This document shows positions 48,782-64,000 of a stretch of 64,000 bases of DNA, piece after piece (positions within the stretch are counted from its first letter, which is position 1; every line of letters starts with the position of its first letter). The notes beneath the pieces are model-generated. The model was not told where the DNA came from. It saw only the letters and a program-made list of their open reading frames with translations, and did not search any database. Position numbers and translations under genes: made by a program. Origin of the DNA: the human T2T-CHM13v2.0 reference genome, Homo sapiens; NCBI RefSeq assembly GCF_009914755.1, contig NC_060929.1, one strand, 5' to 3'.

Positions 48782-49784
48782 GCAGGGAGGTTCCAAGATG
48801 GCTGAATAGGAACAGCTCCAGTCTGCAGCTCCCAGCATGAGCGATGCAGAAGACGTGTGTTTTCTGCATTTCCAACTGAGGTACTCGGTTCATCTCACTG
48901 GGGCTTGTCAGATAGTGGGTGCAGCACACAGAGCAGAGTGGGGCATCGCCTCACCCAGGAAGCACAAGGGGTCCCGGAATTCCCTTTCCTAGCAAAGGGA
49001 AGCCGTGACTGATGGTACCTGGAAAATCAGAACACTCCCACCCTAATACTGCGCTTTTCCAACAGCCTTAGCAAATGGCACACGAGGAGATTATATCCTG
49101 TGCCTGGCTCAGAGGATCCTACACCCACGGAGCCTCGCTCACTGCTAGCACAGCAATCTGAGATCAAACTGCAAGGTGGCAGCAAGGCTGGGGGAGGAGC
49201 ATCCGCCATTGCTGAGGCTTGAGTAGGTAAACAAAGTGGCCTGGAAGCTCGAACTGGGTGGAGCCCACAACAGCTCAAGGAGGCCTGCCTGCCTATGTAG
49301 ACTCCCCCTCTGGGGGCAGGGCATAGTCGAACAAAAGGCAGCAGAAACTTCTGCAGACTTAAACATCCCTGTCTGACACCTTTGAAGAGAATAGTGGTTC
49401 TCCCAGCACAGAGTTTGAGATCTGAGAATGGACAGACTGCCTCCTCAAGTGGGTCCCTGACCCCCGAGTAGCCTAACTGGGAGACACCTCCCAGTAGGGG
49501 CTGACTGACACCTCATACAGCTGGTTGCCCCTCTGAGACGAAGCTTCCAGAGGAAGGATCAGGCAGCAACATCTGCCGTTCTGCAATATTTGCTGTTCTG
49601 CAGCCTCCGCTGGTGATACCCAGGCAAACAGGGTCTGGAGTGGACCTCCAGCAAACTCTAACAGACCTGCAGCTGAGGGTCCTGACTGTTAGAAGGAAAA
49701 CTAACAAACAGAAAGGACATCCGCACCAAAACCCCATCTGTCCATCACCATCATCAAAGACCAAAGATAGATAAAACCACAAAG

Positions 49785-50807
49785 ATGGGGAGAAATCAGA
49801 GCAGAAAAGCTGAAAATTCTAAAAATCAGAGCACCTCTTCTCCTCCAAAGGAATGCAGCTCCTCACCAGCAATGGAACAAAGCTGGACAGAGAATGACTT
49901 TGACAAGCTGAGAGAAGGCTTCAGACGATCGGTAATAACAAACTTCTCCAAGCTAAAGGAGCATGTTCTAACCCATCACAAAGAAGCTAAAAACCTTGAA
50001 AAAAGATGAGAAGAATGGCTAACTACAATCAACAGTGTAGAGAAGTCCTTAAATGACCTGATGGAGCTGAAAACCATGGCACGAGAACTATGTGATGCAT
50101 GCACAATCTTCAGTAGCCGGTTCAATCAACTGGAAGAAAGGATATCAGTGATTGAAAATCAAATGAATGAAATGAAGTGAGAATGGAAGTTTAGAGAAAA
50201 AAGAATAAAAAGAAATGGACAAAGCCTCCAAGAATTATGGGACTATGTGAAAAGACCAAATCTACATCTGATTGGTGTACCTGAAAGTGATGGGGAGAAT
50301 GGAACCAAGTTGGAAAACACTCTGCAGGATATTATCCAGGAGAACTTCCCCAACCTAGCAAGTCAGGCCAACATTCAAATTCAGGAAATACAGAGAATGC
50401 CACAAAGATACTCCTTGAGAAGAGCAACTCCAAGACACATAATTGTCAGATTCACCAAAGTTGAAATGAAGGAAAAAAATGTTAAGGGCAGCCAGAGAGA
50501 AAGGTTGGGCTACCCACAAAGGGAAGCCCAACAGACTAACAGCAGATCTCTCAGCAGAAACTCTACAAGTCAGAAGAGAGTGGGAGCCAATATTCAACAT
50601 TGTTAAAGAAAAGAATTTTCAACCCAGAATTTCATATCCAGCCAAACTAAGCTTCCTAAATGAAGGAGAAATAAAATCCTTTACAGACAAACAAATGCTG
50701 AGAGGTTTTGTCACCACCAGGCCTGCCTTACAAGAGCTCCTGAAGGAAGCACTAAACATGGAAAGGAACAACCAGTACCAGCCACTGCAAAACATGCCAA
50801 ATTGTAA
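49785..50807 (+). pseudogene. L1 ORF1p remnant (stops and frameshifts)
   Basis: MGRNQSRKAENSKNQ..; KRPNLHLIGVPE; NFQPRISYPAKLSF, spread over separate frames. Confidence 0.92.
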
Positions 50808-50870
50808 AGACCATCAAGGCTAGGAAGAAACTGCATCAACTATCGAGCAAAATAACCAGCTAACATCATA

Positions 50871-54686
<3,816 letters not shown>

Positions 54687-54983
54687 ACAATGAGAACAGT
54701 TGGACACAGGGTGGGGAACATCACACACCGGGGCCTGTCGTGGGGTGGGGGGACGGGGGAGGGATAGCATTAGGAGATATACCTAATGAAAATGATGAAT
54801 TAATGGGTGCAGCACACCAACATGGCACATGTATACATATGTAACAAACCTGCACGTTGTGCACATGTACCCTAGAACTTAGAGTATAATAATAATAATA
54901 ATAATAATAAAGATGAGCACTCCCACCTATTCTTGGGCCCTTCTCCTCTCCATTCATAACTGATCAGAGGAACAACATCCACA

Positions 54984-55360
54984 ATGGCTAGGTCCAGCAC
55001 CAAAAAGTATAAGTACTCCAAAAGACATCAAACCCCAACCTCCAGAAAGAAAGCAAAGAAAGCATATTCCAGCATTGATTTTGGCCATGGAAATTACTCA
55101 TTCTTTGTAAACAAGGTCCTAAAGGAAGTGGTGCCCTGTAGAGGCATATCATCTCGCACTTTAGACCTCATGAACGCTCTGATTAACTTCTTATTTCAAC
55201 ACATTGCCATAAAAGCTTACAGGCTGATGTATTCTAGAAATCGCTGTACTCTCCCCCTGAAGATATCCTGAAGGCAGTGTATTTGCTGTTGCCTCAGAAA
55301 ACAGCTAACTATGCAGCGGCTTTTGGAAGTGAAGTGGTCCACAGATATGTCCACTCCTAA
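54984..55360 (+). pseudogene. H2BL1: Histone variant H2B.L (subH2B/SubH2Bv), single exon, frameshifted by a 1-bp deletion at 55253/55254
   Basis: Frame 1 gives MARSSTKK..NYSFFVNKVLKEVVPCRGISSRTLDLMNALINFLFQHIA..LMYSRNRCTL. The shifted frame continues PEDILKAVYLLLPQKTANYAAAFGSEVVHRYVHS*, a divergent H2B fold matching recalled bovine SubH2Bv motifs (VLKEVVP..GISSRT..RCTLTPEDI.KAVYLLLP). Confidence 0.9.
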
Positions 55361-55426
55361 ACTGCATGTGCCAGCTTCATTGATCAAACTTATCATCCAA
55401 ATGATCACCTCAACATTGAATTCATT

Positions 55427-59270
<3,844 letters not shown>

Positions 59271-60962
59271 ATTTCTTGGTATTTTCCTGTTTCTCTTATC
59301 TCCAGAGATGAATACTTTCTTGCTATTTTGCCTTTTAGCTAGTTGGCCATTTAGGTTTACCTGACACCTGATTCCCACCCAGACTTCTGTCAAAACCTTG
59401 TTTTTCCTATGAATATGTAAAGCTCATTATATAAATTCGATGTCTATTGTACCATAAGTTTTTGTTAACTATGCACAGGATGATTTTATTCAGCTAAATA
59501 TGACTATCAGATCATAATGACTTTGAATTTATTGAGACATATTAAGACAAACATCCTAATAAGTATACTAGCAGTGAAAAATTTCCATCAAAAAGTATTT
59601 CATAGAGCAAATTTCATTCAACCAATTTAGTTCCTGAATGAATTCTTGAAAGAGCATATTAACTATTAAAACTATTTGTTTTCCTTCTTATTTCCAGATT
59701 TTCCACTGCGCAGTTCACGTCTATGTAAATTTTCTTGAAGAAAATTTCTTAAAGATTTGGTTCATTAAGGTTAATTGTTCCACATTTAGAACACTCATGA
59801 ACCTACCACCAAATTCATGAACTTAAGAACCTCACAAAGGTCTCTGAAGCTCTTTCCCAATCCCATCTGCCTCTTCACTATCTTGAGTTTTGTTTCTTTC
59901 CCATTTTTAATTTGTACTGTTGCTACCTATATGTGTGTCTCTAAAGAATAGGTTTAATTTTGCTTATGTTATAACATAGGGATACTACATGTGTTCTTCT
60001 GTGCCTGGACTTTTCTTTTAACACTATGTGTCCAAGATTTGTACCTATTAATATATGTGGCTCTAGTTCATTCTTTTTACTCCTATGCTATAAGATTCTA
60101 TAGTATAAACATACTGCAATTTATTTACCCATGCTCTAGTAATAGAGGTTTAGCTTGTTTTCAGTTTTTTTACTATTATGAACAATGATGCTATAATCAT
60201 GAGAGTTGTAATAATAGCTAAAAATATAGCATTTGGATTGTGCCCAGCACAATGTATGTATGTTAACTTATTATGTATGTATATTAACTTATTTAACCCC
60301 CATGACAACCTTGTAAGGATAAAATAATTGTTCTCACCCCACATGTCAGGAAAACGGGGCACAGAGAACTACGCAATTTATCCGAGGTCACACAGCTGTG
60401 TAAGGAGCAGAGCTGGGATTTGATCAGGTTAAAAGAGACTCTGTGGACCCTCTGCTACATGCTGTGAGTGTTATTATAAATGTCTTCTGGTACACATGTC
60501 CAATAATTTTTTAGGAAAACTATCTAAGCATGGAATTGCTGGATCACTAATATGCCCATATTCAACTTTATTAAATATTGCCAGGCTGTCTTCTGTTGTA
60601 TCAATTTACATTTGTAATAGATGAAAGTAATTTAGGTTCTTCTGGTTACAAGGAACACATAAATTCCCTCAACAAAAAGTGGTTTATTATATGTATACTG
60701 TGGGATTGGAACTGAGCCTATTCTAGGGAATAACCACCCCCTCGTCTCTCACTTAGGACCCACTCTGTTCCTCCTGGGGTGGCTTACTTCTACATGCTTC
60801 CTTATCAGAGTTTCAGGAAATAAACCCAATGTGCTTCACTCATTCTATCTGAGTCAGGCCCAGAGAGGGGTTGCTGGCACTCTAAAGATTGGCTTACCTT
60901 TATCTCATGCCCACATCTACCTATTAACTGTGGCTTGGTGACAAAAGGGCTTCATGATCTTC

Positions 60963-61146
60963 CAGAGGTCAGCAAATTATAGCCTTTTACTTCAGGGCCC
61001 CACTAGCTAAGAAGAGTTTTTATATTTTTATAGGGATGTTTAAAAAAATTTTTTAAAGACTATTCAACAGGCCTAATGTGGTCCACAAAGCCTAGGATGT
61101 TTAATTACTATCTGGCTTTTTACAGAAAAAGTTAGCCAACTCTTGG
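60963..61146. mobile_element. MER58-like hAT-Charlie element
   Basis: cagaggtcagcaaatta..tggtccacaaagccta..tactatctggcttttacagaaaaagttagccaac. Confidence 0.75.
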
Positions 61147-61539
61147 TCTGTACAATGCTGCTATTTTTGCAGAATCTATAGTAATTCAGGTTTTCTAAGG
61201 CTTTTTTAGTTCAGTTCAGTTCACAGATATGAAAAGTTCATAGCTGGCTTTTCAAATCACTGGAATGAGAGGAATGAATACAAATGGCACTCAACAATTG
61301 GGGCAATGGTCTAATCATTCACAGAAAATATTTATTACAAATTGAAGTGTTAACATTAAGTAAAGGGAACTAGGAATTTTTCCATATGTTATTATCTCTG
61401 TTTTGTGTATGTTTTATAGCATTTTAAAAAAAATAACATTTCAAAATAAGATCAAGATTCTTGGGAAAAAAATTCTAGAAATGCCTTTAAGACTGATTTT
61501 ATAAATGCATGTGTATAAAAATATAAAATATTTTTATAT

Positions 61540-62741
<1,202 letters not shown>

Positions 62742-62987
62742 TGAGAAACATTTTCTATAACAATATTAACATTTTTAAAAATATTTTGGAGTCAATTCAT
62801 AAAATTAACATAGCTTCTAAAATTTATGTTAGTCTCATACTAGCTAACACCCTAATTTTGACCCTTTCTGAAGGATCAAATACATATTTTTTACATCAAT
62901 AGGCCATTTTACCCCACTATTTTTTTAATCTTGGACCCAAGTAAGCTCAGACACTTAAATGGCAAAGACAAAGTAGCACAGACTGGT

Positions 62988-63437
62988 TGTAGTTATCTAA
63001 TATACATTTATTCCTTCTCAGAAATAGAACCCACAATTTTCAGCTGAGCACATGGCCACCCAGGACAAAGACTGCATTCCCAAGACTTCCTTTTTGAGCT
63101 AGATGTGGCCCTGTGACCAAGTTCTGATAAATGGGAATGCATATGCAACTTACAGGGAGTGTCCTTAAATAGCAGCAGAGTGTTTTCCTTTTCCTGCTGG
63201 CTGGACTGATGATGTGAAGGCTGGAAAGGAACAGCTCTCTTAAACTAGGAGTTGAACCTGTGTATTAAGGATGGCAGAGCAGCATGCTGGAGAGAGCCTT
63301 GGTCTCTGATGATTGAACTGCCATTCTAGCTCAGGACTGCTTCTGTTTACATAAGATAAATAAGCTTTTAACTTGTTTAAGCCATTGTTATTTTGAGTTT
63401 CTATCATTCACAGTCAAACCTAATTCTAATATAGACA
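62988..63437 (+). mobile_element. MaLR solo LTR (MLT1G/H-like)
   Basis: actgcattcccaagacttcctt..gctagatgtggccctgtgaccaagttct..cttgtttaagccattgttatttt. Confidence 0.7.
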
Positions 63438-64000
63438 TCCAGAAGACTATGGACTGCTACACAATGTGGTTAGTTTTATTAAATAAAACATATTAATCTA
63501 GAAATGGAGGAAGATGAACGTCTTATATATTTGCCAGACAATGTTGCTAGAAAATGAAATCTTGTGCCACTTAGCAGCCTTTTCTCAGGGAGATGGCAGG
63601 AGCTTGCTTGTTTTTAGTCTATTGCACACATGATATGATTATGAAACATTGTGTAAAATGCAAAAATATGTGAGAGATTCAAAGAAGATAGGAAACAGAA
63701 TTTTCCCCTATGTCAACAACATGAACAATATGTGGATTTTGTCATAATTTGAAGCTAGTGGCACATGGTATCATAGAAGATGCCACACACCAACAAGAAA
63801 GAACAATGCTGACTTTTCAAAACAAATCACCCAAACAATAAAGTTCTATCAAATTTACAGATTATTCTTCTCTAACTTAAGAAACCTTGCTTTGGAAATA
63901 AATAATATACTATCTTATATAATATATATGCTATAATTTACTATAATTGTTTAAAGACTTGCTATGCACACTGCTAGCTTGTTCTTGTATGAGCTAAATG

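Overview
Repeat-dense primate (simian) nuclear DNA with no intact protein-coding gene that I can support. Nearly all ORFs in the supplied track are Alu, L1 or LTR artefacts. There are two gene-derived features: a processed RPL7L1 pseudogene with poly(A) and target-site duplication (TSD) at 46544-48118, and a single-exon sperm histone variant gene, H2B.L/subH2B (H2BL1), at 54984-55360, broken by a 1-bp frameshift. The most notable structure is a full-length ~6.1-kb L1PA inserted exactly in the TATA box of the apparent H2B.L promoter, separating the CCAAT/TATA elements from the ORF. A second, older L1 sits ~65 bp after the stop codon. Other oddities are an Alu with an inverted left monomer, a ~270-bp inverted templated duplication spanning an L1/L1 junction, a ~92-bp local direct duplication, two L1PA copies sharing unusual variants, and a deeply nested transposon stack at 20.5-28.8 kb. 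I see no evidence of a new multi-gene system. Repeat subfamily names come from memory of consensus sequences, and many boundaries are approximate.
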